Positions 1 to 12,685 of a stretch of 64,000 bases of DNA are shown here, piece by piece. Positions within the stretch are counted from its first letter, which is position 1; each line of letters begins with the position of its first letter. This DNA comes from the human T2T-CHM13v2.0 reference genome, Homo sapiens: assembly GCF_009914755.1 (NCBI RefSeq), contig NC_060928.1, one strand, 5' to 3'. A model generated the notes under the pieces. The model worked only from the letters and a program-made list of their open reading frames with translations. It did not search any database and was not told the origin of the DNA. The translations under genes and the position numbers were made by a program.

Positions 1-196
1 ACCAACCAAACTACTACACTAGGCTATTATTTCTATGTTTGTAGCTCCATTTCTTTCTAGTCCTGCTTTTCCATGTGTTTTAAGCATTTTGAACCATGTA
101 TTAGTTTAAATGTCCTCTGCCATTCCTTGCCTTCCTATCAGTGTTTATGTTACTATCTCCACCTGCTTAATCCTAACCTGTGCTTTTGCTTTTCAG

Positions 197-310
197 CTGT
201 AAACGTCATCACACCAGCTTGGAACTGAAAGGATGTCAGGGGAACATGTTTTAAGAAAACAACCTTAAAATGCATTAGCTTCCTATTACAAACCTTTTAT
301 CCCAATTAAA
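197..310 (+). other. Candidate spliced terminal exon of an unidentified gene lying upstream of the window
   Basis: Branch-point-like CTAAC at 173-177, pyrimidine tract tgcttttgcttttcAG ending at 196, short frame xCT-GTA-AAC-GTC-ATC-ACA-CCA-GCT-TGG-AAC-TGA (stop at 226-228), ATTAAA at 305-310. Motif-based only. Confidence 0.3.
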
Positions 311-895
311 AAATGGAATCAAACATGTTTCACCTTAATTGCTCAAGCAGCCTGAGCTACATGTTCATCACATAGTTTTAAGTTGTATAATTTGGGGTCT
401 CTCCAAATACATTCTAGGGAAGTTGGTAAAGGCACTATCAGCTGGTGAACACAGATGCTATTTCATTAACATATTTAGCCAAATCTTGATGAATCCTAAT
501 TTATATTTGCTTAAACCGGAAGTCTAATCTTTTTAAGTTCATTTTCCCAGACTTTCAGAAATCCCCAGTGATGTTTACACATTCATGAAATTTGCCTAGT
601 TATAGGTCTTACTTCAGTAAGTCCAGTCCAAACCCCACAGACCTTAGAGTTGTTCCCTAATTCTTGTGCTCTACCCTCAGGCTTGACCACTGGTGTCACT
701 ACTGAGGCTAGACATCCTTTATATTTGACATGGGTAGCTTGAACCCTGCTTCTGCACCTGTAAAGTATAAATGAGAATGTCCCATGTGTACCTGGTTAGA
801 GAGAGGAGCTGAAAGTTCGCTTTAACAAGGAAGTGCTATAATAGTGGTAAAAGCTCTTTTAATTAAAAAAATCAAGTTATAAGAATAAAGTAGGC

Positions 896-1580
896 ACCAC
901 ATTACCTGACTTCAAATTATACTACAAGGCCATAGTAACTGAAACAGCATGGTACTGATATAAAAAGAGACACAGAGACCAATGAAACAGAATGGAAAAT
1001 CCAGAAACAAAGCTACATGTTTACAGCTAACTGATCTTCAACAAAGCTAACAAGAACTTACACTGGGGACAGTCTCTTCAATAATTGGTTCTAGGAAAGC
1101 TGGACATTCATATGCAGAAGAATGAAACTAGACTCTTACCTACCTCTCACTCCATATAAAAATAAATTCAAAATGAATCCAAAACCTAGATAAGACCTGA
1201 AACTATAAAACGACTAGAAGAAAACATAGGGGAAATGATTTAGTATGTTGGTCTAGGAAAATATTTTCTGAATAAGACCTCAAAAATTGTTGCTCACAGG
1301 AAACAAATGCAAAAATAAACAAATGAGATTATATTAAATGAAAAATCTTCTGCACAGCAAAGGAAACAATCAACAAAGTGGAAAGACAACCTAAAGAATG
1401 GGAGAAAATATTAGTAAAGTATTAATCTGAGAAGGGAATCATACAAGAAACTTAGACATCTCAACAGCAAGAAAAAAAATAAAAAACCAAACAATCCGAT
1501 TAAGTAATGGGCAAATGATCTGAAGAGACAGTTCTCAAAAGAAGACATACAAATGATGGTAAATATATGAAAAACATGCT
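896..1580 (+). mobile_element. Old L1 (L1MA/L1PB-age) ORF2 3' fragment
   Basis: attacctgacttcaaattatactacaagg...gttctcaaaagaagacatacaaatg follows L1 ORF2 sense sequence with heavy divergence. Confidence 0.85.
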
Positions 1581-1613
1581 GTTATTTTTAACTTTTCTGT
1601 TATGTTGCATCTC

Positions 1614-2411
1614 TTTTTTTTTATACTTTGAGTTCTAGGGTACATGTGTACACTGTGCAGGTTTGTTACATATGTATACATGTGCCATGTTGGTGTGCTG
1701 CACCCATTAACTCGTCATTTACACTAGGTATGTCTCCTAATGCTATCCCTCCCCCATTCCCCTCTCCCCCGGTGTGTGATGTTCCCCACCCTGTGTCCAA
1801 GTGTTCTCACTGTTCAGTTCCCACCTATGAGTGAGAACATGCGGTGTTTGGTTTTCTGTCCTTGAGATAGTTTGCTCAGAATGATGGTTTCCAGCTTCAT
1901 CCATGTCCCTGCAAAGGACATGAAATCATCCTTTTAATGGCTGCATAGTATTCCATGGTGTATATGTGCCACATTTTCTTAATCCAGTCTATCATTGATG
2001 GACATTTGGTTTGGTTCCAAGTCTTTGCTATTGTGAATAGTGCCGCAATAAACATATGTGTGCATGTGTCTTTGTAGCAGCATGATTTATAATCCTTTGG
2101 GTATATACCCAGTAATGGGATGGCTGGGTCAAATGGTTATTTCTAGTTCTGGATCCTTGAGGAATCGCCACACTGACTTCCACAATGGTTGAACTAGTTT
2201 ACAGTCCCACCAACAGTGTAAAAGTGTTCCTATTTCTCCACATCCTCTCCAGCACCTGTTGTTTCCTGACTTTTTAATGATTGCCATTCTAACTGGTGTG
2301 AGATGGTATCTCATTGTGGTTTTGATTTGCATTTCTCTGATGGCCAGTGATGGTGAGCATTTTTTCATGTGTCTGTTGGCTGCATAAATGTCTCAAAAAG
2401 TGGGCAAAGGA
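1614..2411 (-). mobile_element. 5'-truncated L1PA (about PA4-PA6) with an 18-bp 5' inversion
   Basis: Poly-T, L1PA 3'UTR, ORF2 C-terminus (ORF 2129-2368 [22 protein letters not shown]); 2394-2411 is sense-orientation L1; putative TSD gcatctctt 1607-1615 / gtatctctt 2413-2421. Confidence 0.95.
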
Positions 2412-2499
2412 GGTATCTCTTATAACTAATAAATTGTTGGAATTTCAAAAATTTATCATAATTTTTTTGTTTTTTAAATAGAACTATTAGTCCATATAG

Positions 2500-3498
2500 A
2501 TGATGAAATTACTAGTGTTTCAAATTGTTCTGTCTTTTTTCTCCTTTCTTGCCTTTTTAGGAGTATTTTTGATTATTCCATTATTCCCCTTTAGTACTTT
2601 GAAAGTTGGACGTTATGTTTCCTTTCTTTTAGTCACTTTCTTAGAAATTATAATGTGAATAATTAACACATCAGATGTTAATGTCAAAAGATACCTTTAC
2701 CTCTTTCCCAAGCAATACAAGTCTTAAAATGTCTTAATTCCATTACTCTTCTCTTGATTTATGTTATTTTGCTACACATCTTATTTTTATCCCCAATAAT
2801 GCATTATGATTATTATTGGCTTTATATAGTAAAAATTAATTTATGTTTACTCACATAATTCCTAATTTCTTTGCTGTTTTATTTTTTCTTGCTTTTCTGA
2901 CATTCCACTGGGATCACTTTCATTTTTTCTGAAGAATATAATCTAAAATTTTATTAGTAAAGATCTGCTACTGGTAAACTTTCTTAATTTTTGTTTGCAA
3001 GAAAAATGCCATTTTTCCCCCTTTTGAAAAAATATAGTTTCTTTGGATATAGAATTCTAGATTGAAAGTCAATCTTTTCAGCCCATTAAAAGTATTATTC
3101 CATTATCTTTTGGTTTCACTAATGTTCTTGAGAAGTTAGCTATCAGTCTAACTATTGATCTTTTGAAAGTAATCTTTTGTTTTTCTCTGGCTTCTTTAAT
3201 ATCTTTTCTTTGTCTTTGGTGTTGTTCTTCTTTACTATAATGTGCCATTTCTCCTGGGTGGGGATATGTTAGACTTCTTTAATCTAAAGATTGATGTCTC
3301 TTATCACTTCTAGAATATTTTTCGTCATTATCTTCCCAAATATTGCCTCTGCCTCATTCTCTCTTACTTCTCCTTCTGGGGCTCTGATAAAAAATTTATT
3401 ATACGTGCTAACTCTAATTCTATCCTTAATTTCTCTTAACTTTCCTTTGTCTATCCCCCAACCCCCATTTACTTGTTTCTTTATGTTGCATAAGGAAG
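2500..3498 (-). mobile_element. Old L1M ORF1 region relic (left piece)
   Basis: ORF 3284-3511 contains RAPEGEVRENEAEAIFGKIMTKNILEVIRDINL, which resembles L1 ORF1p (GVPEGEERENG.E.IFEEIM.ENFP.L.KDINL). Confidence 0.75.
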
Positions 3499-3950
3499 TT
3501 TTTTTTGACACATTTTATTCAGATAGCAATCTGATCACACATAGTCCAAGAACACTCAAATAATAAATCAAATATAATTAAATGTTAAAGTTTGGTCTTT
3601 AAACATTATAGCCAATGATGACACACTTGCCTCTGATCTCTCCAATATAAAAGCACATCCATACCTCAGTGGCCACCAAACCATTCAGCACAGCTTCCTT
3701 AACTGTGAGCTGTTTGAAACTAACAATTTGAGCACTACTATTTTTTAAGGCGCTGAATAGTTCTAGGTATATTAGCAGGGGGTGGAGGAACCAGCTCAAC
3801 CTTGGTGTCATACCAAAATGTGGCCAATCAAACCTTCAAGTAAGTCATAGCAGCATTCACCAGTGTTGAGGCCTTCACTACAAAGTTAGGGACAAATTGG
3901 GCCATCGTTCTAAGATGAAACGTTTGTCACCCCAAATGACCAGCTGAATC
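3499..3950 (-). pseudogene. ATP5MG: Processed pseudogene of ATP synthase membrane subunit g (ATP5MG/ATP5L)
   Basis: ATG at 3905 gives MAQFVPNFVVKASTLVNAAMTYLKV* (TGA at 3830-3828), then LATFWYDTKVELVPPPPANIPRTIQRLKK, a frameshift, and SAQIVSFKQLTVKEAVLNGLVATEVWMCFYIGEIRGKCVIIGYNV* (stop 3601-3599). Intronless; AATAAA at 3519-3514; residual poly(A) at 3499-3506. Confidence 0.95.
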
Positions 3951-4900
3951 AGTTTCTTCTAATTTATTTTACGCTGCTTAATTTTCTGCTCAGCTGTGTT
4001 TAATCTGCTCATGAACACATCAACTGAGTTTTAAAATGTAAATAAAAATATTTTTTAAAATTCTAGAATATCTGCTTTATCCTTTCTCAGATTTGCTGGG
4101 TTACTTTTTATAACTCCTCATAGATATATTAATTCTCCTCTTTAATAAGCATTTTATAATATATACCTAATGATTCTAATATCTTAAGTCTCAATCTGTT
4201 TTGGCTTCTTTTCTTCTCATGGTGCCTTGTTTCAGTGGGTACATAGTTTTAATTCCGAGTTGCTCATTTTTCTTGGGAAATTATTTGTAGGAATACTTTG
4301 AGTCCTTGGGATAAAAATGAAAATAAAGATAAAGTCCAGAGATGACTTTTGTTTGTTTCTCTCAAATATCCGAGGGAGCTGTGCCTAGGATCATTGTAAA
4401 CTAAGTTTACAGTTTAAGGTCTTTTGGACCACACAGGTGATATGAATTAGAGCTATAAATCTATACCAAGGTTGGCTTATGATTATAACCTTTCAGGGAA
4501 GATTTATCCCTTTTGCTCTCTTTGGTATCACTGGTATCAAGACATGTTTCCTTGGAGCCCCCTATAGGTAGGGAAAATAGAAGGTGGGAAGAGCTTACTT
4601 CTGATTCACTTTCACTGAGTGTGTAGCCACTTGGGGTCTCAAATTATTGGTTGGGAATTGTCTCTTATAGGCTTCCTCACCTGGGTTAACTCTGCTTTGT
4701 TTTTAATCCACCTGAGTCCATGAGGCTGTGAAAATGGAAATCAAGTTTATTGGTTTAGAAACTGTGTCTATGACAAAAGCAGCTTTAGTCCTTTGTTCAC
4801 TATTTAGATTCTCTCTTCCACTTAGTTTTTGATTGATAATACGTTACTATTTTTTCATATCATACATATTTTTAACATGACATTTTATATTTAACCCAGT
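3951..4900 (-). mobile_element. Old L1M ORF1/5' region relic (right piece, resumes after the pseudogene)
   Basis: ctcagctgtgtttaatctgctc...caactgagtttt is typical antisense L1M ORF1 and is colinear with the left piece. Confidence 0.6.
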
Positions 4901-5409
4901 ATTTTAGTTGTTTTCAAAAGGTTAATTCATCCCTCCAAATTCCCAGCCACCATAGTATCTGAAATATAAATCTCCATTTCTTTCTATACTAGTAGTGAAT
5001 CACTTAATCATATGCAGACTTGTCACATCTCTTGCTTTGTTATTAATAGTTATTGGATTGTATGACATTTTATGTGTATATGCCATCATTCCAATTGCAT
5101 TGTAAAATGCCCAAAACAAGTTTGTTATGACCTGCATGGCACCTAAACAGTGCTGTTAACATCACCGTTGCCCAGCATATGTTGGCTGATTGAAAAAAAT
5201 GGGTTACTATTTCTTCAAGGAGTATTCTGCTTTTTGTTTATCAGAATAGCACCAGTGACCCACTCGCAGTAAGTCATGCTCTTTAAGTTGTTTTCTATAT
5301 CAGTGCTGATCTATCTCTACTCCTAGATGCCATTTGTCACTAGGGGATTACATTCATGAAAGGGAGGAGATTAGGAAATGTGAGTGTTACTTGTGAGTGT
5401 TTGTGAGAT

Positions 5410-5912
5410 GGTAGTGGCAGAGATGGCTAGTTTTCTTCCAAAATCTGTTCTATTTTTCTTCCATTACGATAGGGTTTTTAGCTAGAAATCCAGCTTCCTA
5501 GAAAAATAAAAATATACTGGCCAGCTTCCTTTGTAGTGAAGTATTAAATGTGGCTGTATTCTGGTCAATGGAATATAAGTGGAATTATCCTGTGACAGCT
5601 TCCAGGATCCTTCAATGTGAGTCAGTTTGTAGGTACCCATGAATGCTTGTTTCCCTTTTCCTCTAACTGGCACAGCATATATGTAAGGCTGCAATTCCAT
5701 CTCAGACCATGAGTGAGGACAGAATCCATAGGATGCCAGAACAGAAAGTTGGAAGGAGCCTGGGTCCCTAAGGGCTTTGTGAAACAGGGCTGCTCTACTG
5801 TCTTCCTGGATTGTTTACCTCTAAAATTGTGCCTGAAAGACAAACTTCTAGCTTGTTTAAGCCACTGTTATTTTGGGTTTCTGATAGTCACATCTGAACA
5901 TTATTCTAACAA
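5410..5912 (+). mobile_element. MLT1-type (ERVL-MaLR) solo LTR, MLT1H/I/J-like
   Basis: ttctggtcaatggaatataagtggaa; ggaaggagcctgggtccct; cttgtttaagccactgttattttgggtttc. Confidence 0.75.
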
Positions 5913-6781
5913 ATCTAGGGAGTAAACAGTAAATCGCAGAAATTATGTAGCCAGGAAGTTTGTTTATAAATGTCTAGGGTCCATGATATAACATTTAGCC
6001 ACACTTAATTTAGAGATTTTATCAATCCTTAGACAGGTAGGATTGCATAGTAAATAGTGTAAGCTAATTGTATAATATGTTTTATACATTTAAATGAAAT
6101 GTATAGTAATGTTACAGTTTTCAGTATATACTTTGAGTACCATTATTCTGTAATTTTAAAATTATCTTTTCAATATCTCCACATTAAATGCCTTTTCTGT
6201 AATATTATTGATAATTCTGTGGAGTAGATTAAACCACAGAGCAAGTATTCTCAGTCTTGGTTGAATTTCATGTCATAATGCAGTGAATGGCTCAGGAACC
6301 ATGAGACATTTTTTAAAACATAACATGACTAGGTATTTGTGATTTATATTCATGCATATGAATTTTCCCACTAAAACAAAATAAACTGACCAGAGGCATT
6401 TCTACAATGTTGATTTTTTTGTTACACCATTGAAATATTAATATGATTATCATTTCAGCAACTTTGATTAATTTTATAAAAATAAGGGAAATATAAAGAT
6501 TTTACCAAATCTTTCAGAAACAGATAATTGCCATGTAATATAGCTATTCTGAGACTTAGAACTGATTCACTCTTCAACTCATTCTATAGGATGGCAAAAT
6601 GTTGCTGTTGCTTTCAAAAGAAGATAGCCTGCAAATGATAACTAAAGGCAATTTTCACTTATAGACAGGTATCAAAGTCTTAAATAAAATAATAGCAAAT
6701 TGAAATGGCAGTATATAAGTCATCATACATCATGACCAAGTGAGTTTTCTTTTAGGTTTGCAAGTGTGGTTCAATATTAAG

Positions 6782-7163
6782 TGATAATGGTTTGGCTCTG
6801 TGTCCCCACCCAAATCTCATGTTGAATTATGAACTTCAGTGTTGAAGGAGGGGCCTGGTGGGAGGCAATTGGGTCATAGGAGCAGATTTCCACCTTCCCC
6901 CTTGCTGTTCTCCTGATAGTGGGTGAGTTCTCACCAGATTTGATTGTTTAAAAGTCTGTGGCACTTCCCCCTTATCTCTCTCTCCTGCTCTGCCGTGGTA
7001 AGATGTGCTTGCTTTCCCTTTGCCTTCCACCATGATTGTAAGTTTCCCGAAGCCTCTCAGCCATGTTTCCTATACAACCTGAGAACTGTGAGGCAATTAA
7101 ACCTCCTGTCTTCATGAATTACTCAGGTAGCTCTTCATAGCAGTGTGAGAACAGACTGATACA
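6782..7163 (+). mobile_element. MSTA-like solo LTR
   Basis: tgataatggtttggctctgtgtccccacccaaatctc...gactgataca; 5-bp TSD ttaag/ttagg. Confidence 0.9.
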
Positions 7164-7179
7164 TTAGGAAAGCCACAAA

Positions 7180-7260
7180 GCTGGGTACAGCGGCTCACAT
7201 CTGTAATCCTAGTACTTTGGGAAGCTGAAGTAGGAGGATTACTTGAGCCCAGGAGTTTGA
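7180..7260 (+). mobile_element. Alu left-arm fragment (AluJ/FLAM-like)
   Basis: gctgggtacagcggctcacatctgtaatcctagtactttgggaagctga...gagcccaggagtttga. Confidence 0.85.
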
Positions 7261-7289
7261 AAAGCTACCAGGGTAATGCATTTTACTAA

Positions 7290-7645
7290 TTTTTTTTTTG
7301 GTGGGGGGGGGGGACGTTTTGCTCTGTCTTCCAGGCTGGAGTGCAGTGGCACAATCATGGCTCACTGCAGCCTTGACATCCTAGGATCAAGCAGTCCTCC
7401 CACATCAGCCTCCCAAGTAACTAGGATTAGAAGCAGTGCCACCACACCTAGCTATTTTTTAAATTTTTTTTGTAGAGATGGAGTCTCACTATGTTGCTTA
7501 GGCTGGTTTTAACTCCTGGTCTCAACAAGCAATCCTCCCACCTCAACCTCCCAAAGTGCTGGGATTACAGATGTGAGCCATGTAATTCCAGCACTTTGGA
7601 ATTCCAAAGCACTTTGGAGTTCCAGAGTGCTGGAATTACCCAGCC
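7290..7645 (-). mobile_element. AluJ carrying a palindromic insertion near its 5' end
   Basis: Antisense Alu dimer; TSD cattttactaat at 7279-7290 / 7646-7657. Confidence 0.92.
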
Positions 7646-7990
7646 CATTTTACTAATAAATTTAAAGGGTGAGGGGATGATAACTCAATAGATACTGAAA
7701 AATCTCTAATCCTAATACAATTTCCTAGAAAGATAGAAATAAAGAAAAAATCCTTTAACTATAGTGTATTTATGAAAGATCTTAAGCATGGATTATACTT
7801 AATGTTAAAAAATTAGAAATATTTATATTATAGCTAAGCACAAGACAAGAATATTCACTATAACTGGTAATAGTCTACGTTGGAGAGAAGTCTTGCTCAA
7901 TTCAATGAATTAAAAAATATAAATTATATAAAGTATATATTTTATAATATTGTTTATATTATACAATGTGTAATAATTTACATGTTTCTA

Positions 7991-8318
7991 TTTTTTTTTT
8001 TTTTTGGAGACAGAGTCTCGCTCTGTTGCCCAAGCTGGAATGCAGTGGCACCATCTTGGCTCACTGCAACCTCCGCCTACTGAGTTCAAGCAATTCTCCT
8101 GCCTCGGCCCCCTGAGTAGTTGAGTAGCTGGGACTACAGGCGCATGCCACCATGCCCGGCTAATTTTTTTTGTATTTTTGGTAGAGGCAGGGTTTCACCA
8201 TGTTGACCAAGCTAGTTTCAAACTCTTGACCTCAGGTGATCTGCCCGCGTTGGCCTCCCAAAGTGCTGGGATTCCAGGCAAAGTGCTGGGATTACAGGCA
8301 TGAGCCACTGCACCCAGC
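7991..8318 (-). mobile_element. AluS (Sx-like) with an internal 20-bp tandem duplication
   Basis: Antisense Alu; TSD tacatgtttctatt at 7979-7992 / 8319-8332. Confidence 0.95.
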
Positions 8319-9075
8319 TACATGTTTCTATTACTTATATAAGAAATAGAAATATTATGTAAATATATATATTAAATAGCAATATATATTACAGAGTTAT
8401 ATGTTATATATGTAATGTGAATATACATATATAATATCATTGATGCAAAAAGAATAGAGCAATGAGACTCTAATGGAATCTAGAAATATATTCATGATTA
8501 TATGAAACTTTAAAATGTAATACAGGTGGCATTCCAGTTTACTTGAGGAATGACTTCCTCAACAAAGCAGAACTCCTGCAATCTAAGAAGGAAAAAACCT
8601 GAGGGATTTGACTCTAAAAAACTCAATGAGACAAACAAACAAAAAAACTGGTTATGATAAAAGGTAAATTTAAAAGACAAGCAGTAAAGTAGAATGAATA
8701 TGTGTATGTGTGTATAAAAAAGAATTATCCTATTATCCAAAACCATCTCTATGTTAATAATAAAATTAAACTAATAAAGAGAAGGGCAAAGAATATGAAA
8801 CACTGATGCATGCACTTCTGAAATGATTTTAACTCCGTTATGAATACTGGGGAAATAAAATTAATAAAAATGTTTTCTCCCATAATTTAAAAAAAGTGAA
8901 AAAAATTAATAGTGTACAGGTTTGGTGAAACTGGGGAAATGGTAACTCTGAATATACTGTTTGTAGAAATACACATTAGTAAAGACTCTGGTTAATCTAT
9001 CAGATTTTTAAAATGAGTTTAATTCTTGAACCAAATTTCAACTTCTGTGCACATGAGTATTGACTTACGTACTGG

Positions 9076-9592
9076 TGTAACCAAGTGCCCAATTTTTAAA
9101 GTTTTATCCTTTTTCCTTTTTTTTCTTTGTGTTCACTTAACCACTAGGCACCTCCTCACATTGGTAGCATATCTGATTATACGTTTGCTTAAAAGTTCCA
9201 GAGGTTAAATCTTGAAACAATGCAAGCACCTGTGGAAATCTCCCGCACCAGGAGATTGCTTCAAGGCTACAGTTAATTTACAACCCCACTGAGCCTAGGG
9301 TGATGCCAGCCCATTCACCAGATGGGGCAATAACGCAAGACAAGTCATCGAACCAAGTCACAGCATAGACCAGCACTGCCTTGTCCCCTGCATATCCTCC
9401 CTTTCCCAAACTTCCCCTTTTCAAAATTCTGGCACTGAGCTTGGAAATTTAAAGTGGTTCCATGAAGGCAAGAGCCTGGACCATTTTCGCCATTGCTAGG
9501 TTTCGTTCATAATAAAGTTATTCTCCTTCTATGAATTGCTAATTGCTAATTGGTTGTCAAGCGGTGAGCAGGTGAACCTGCATTTGGCAACG
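9076..9592 (+). mobile_element. ERV1-class solo LTR (MER31/MER67-like, subfamily uncertain)
   Basis: Starts tgtaacc, has aataaa near 9511, ends ...gcggtgagcaggtgaacctgcatttggcaacg; interrupts the L1M. Confidence 0.6.
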
Positions 9593-9680
9593 CTAGGATA
9601 TTCAGTGCAACAGAACTTATAATCAGGAGTAATTGAGACTGCCTAAATGTAAATCAATAATAAAATGATTAAATGGAAGT

Positions 9681-9972
9681 TTTATTTATTTTAGAGACAA
9701 GGTCTCGCTCTGTTTACCAGGCTAGAGTACAGTGGCACAGTCATAGCTCACTATGGCTTCAATCTCCTGGAATCTTCTTGCCTCAGCCTTCTGAGGTGCC
9801 AGGACTGCAGATGTGCCCCACTATATCCAGCTATTTTTTAAAAAATTTCACAGAGACAGGGTCTTACTATGTTGCCCAGGCTAGTGTCAAACTCCAAGCC
9901 TTAGGAACTCAGCTCTTTCCACCTCAGCCTCCCAAAGTGCTGGTATTACAGGTGTGAGCTATCCCATCCAGC
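9681..9972 (-). mobile_element. AluJ
   Basis: Diverged antisense Alu dimer; flanks share aaatggaa. Confidence 0.92.
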
Positions 9973-10723
9973 AAATGGAAATTTTACATAATAGATATTC
10001 TGCTGCAGTTAAAAAGAATTAGGAAATATTTATACACCATATTACTAAGTGAGAATAAAATAATGCTTCAGAACAATGTGAATAGCATAATTTTATTTAT
10101 AAAAAATCTATACATATTTCTGTATGTAAATACATACACTAAAGCACGAACAAAATTTCCATTAATTACTGTTTGGGGAGGTTCAATGAAAGAGGTGGAG
10201 TGAGAGGAGGGCAACACAGAAAGTGAAATGTGGTATTTACTTTGTAACCTATATAGTTCTGTATTATTTGCATTTTTAAAAATACCTATAGCCTGTACAA
10301 TTTTTAAAACAATCACAAAGATTCAGTACTGACATTCTCTCTAGTTTAGGGGTATTCCTGCACAAAATATTCTATTTGTTCATGAATAATTCATATAGCA
10401 TTCAATGTAGCCATTTTAAGGAAAGCTTGATTGATTATTAGGAATTAAATATACATATCAAATAGTTTTTCAGGAATAAAAGTAGCATAAAATGTTAGCT
10501 ATTTTTATTATAATAAATATGTATGCATGATATACAGACAGTGGTTTCACTCATAGTAGATATACAGTTCTAACAAAGCTATTCACTTAAGTGTAAATAC
10601 AATTCTTTCAGAAAGTGAAGACCTGGGGTAAGATGTTAGAGCATTTCTGTTTATTTGTTTTAAGAGAATCTTAAAGTTCTTGAAAATTAGAGGAGAAAAA
10701 AGAGGTTCAACAGTGTTGACAGA

Positions 10724-11953
<1,230 letters not shown>

Positions 11954-12685
11954 GAAGATTAGTACAGGAGCTTTTCCTTGAATGTTTCATATTCTGCTAG
12001 CTCCAAAAATCCACCAGAAGGAACAAATTCCCTTCACTTACGGGCTGTTTTCATTAGGTTAGGAATAAGAAGCTCCAGTAAGTTCTGTTCAAGGAATTGT
12101 TGCTATTGGAATTCCCATTGTGTTTTTACTAATTGGTGGAAGCAGGTGTTTGTCATGTGAATAGGAATGGTGGCTCTTGTTTTTTGACACCATTAACTAA
12201 TGTCCCAGAAAGTCAAGGTTTTCACTTGAAAGAAAGTGCAACTTAAATTGGAGAATAGTAATACCCAGTGAAGCTGTTGAGACCTTTCCAAGTTACATGG
12301 AAAAAGAGGTAAAGGACTTTAAAAAAAGGTACTGTGATATACCCTGAGGGAAGCTGTGATAGGTCATTTGATGTTAGGTGAAGGCAAAACGTTTCTTTTT
12401 TTATGATTGGAGAGAACAAACAGATGAAATATGTGCATGAATTATATTTTCACTATTTACTGCTGAATTCAACTTCATGTTGATTCCACTTATGAAGCCT
12501 AAACCAATTTTCCCTTTTGTGACAAGAGCTCTGCCAGTGTGCAGAGGATCTAATAGCTCTTGGGGAGATAGATTAGTGTGTGGAATGCAAAATGAGACCA
12601 TAATGTTGACTCAGGAAGACCTAAATTTTCAACATTTTGAAATTTCAGCATCTGTGAAAATTGAAGCCAGAGAGGCAGCACTGAC

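Larger units (their letters stand above)
6640..10310 (+). mobile_element. Old L1M ORF2/3' region fragmented by MSTA, Alus and an ERV1 LTR
   Basis: aaagtcttaaataaaataatagcaaat...catcatgaccaagtgagtttt...tggttcaatatt (KILNKILAN...HHDQVGF...WFNI-like); L1-like sequence resumes at about 7660, 8440, 9600 and 9975. Confidence 0.65.

Noticed and set aside
12003-12030. ccaaaaatccaccagaaggaacaaattcc resembles the LTR12 3' end
   Set aside because: Only about 28 nt, no flanking similarity or TSD; cannot be distinguished from chance by eye
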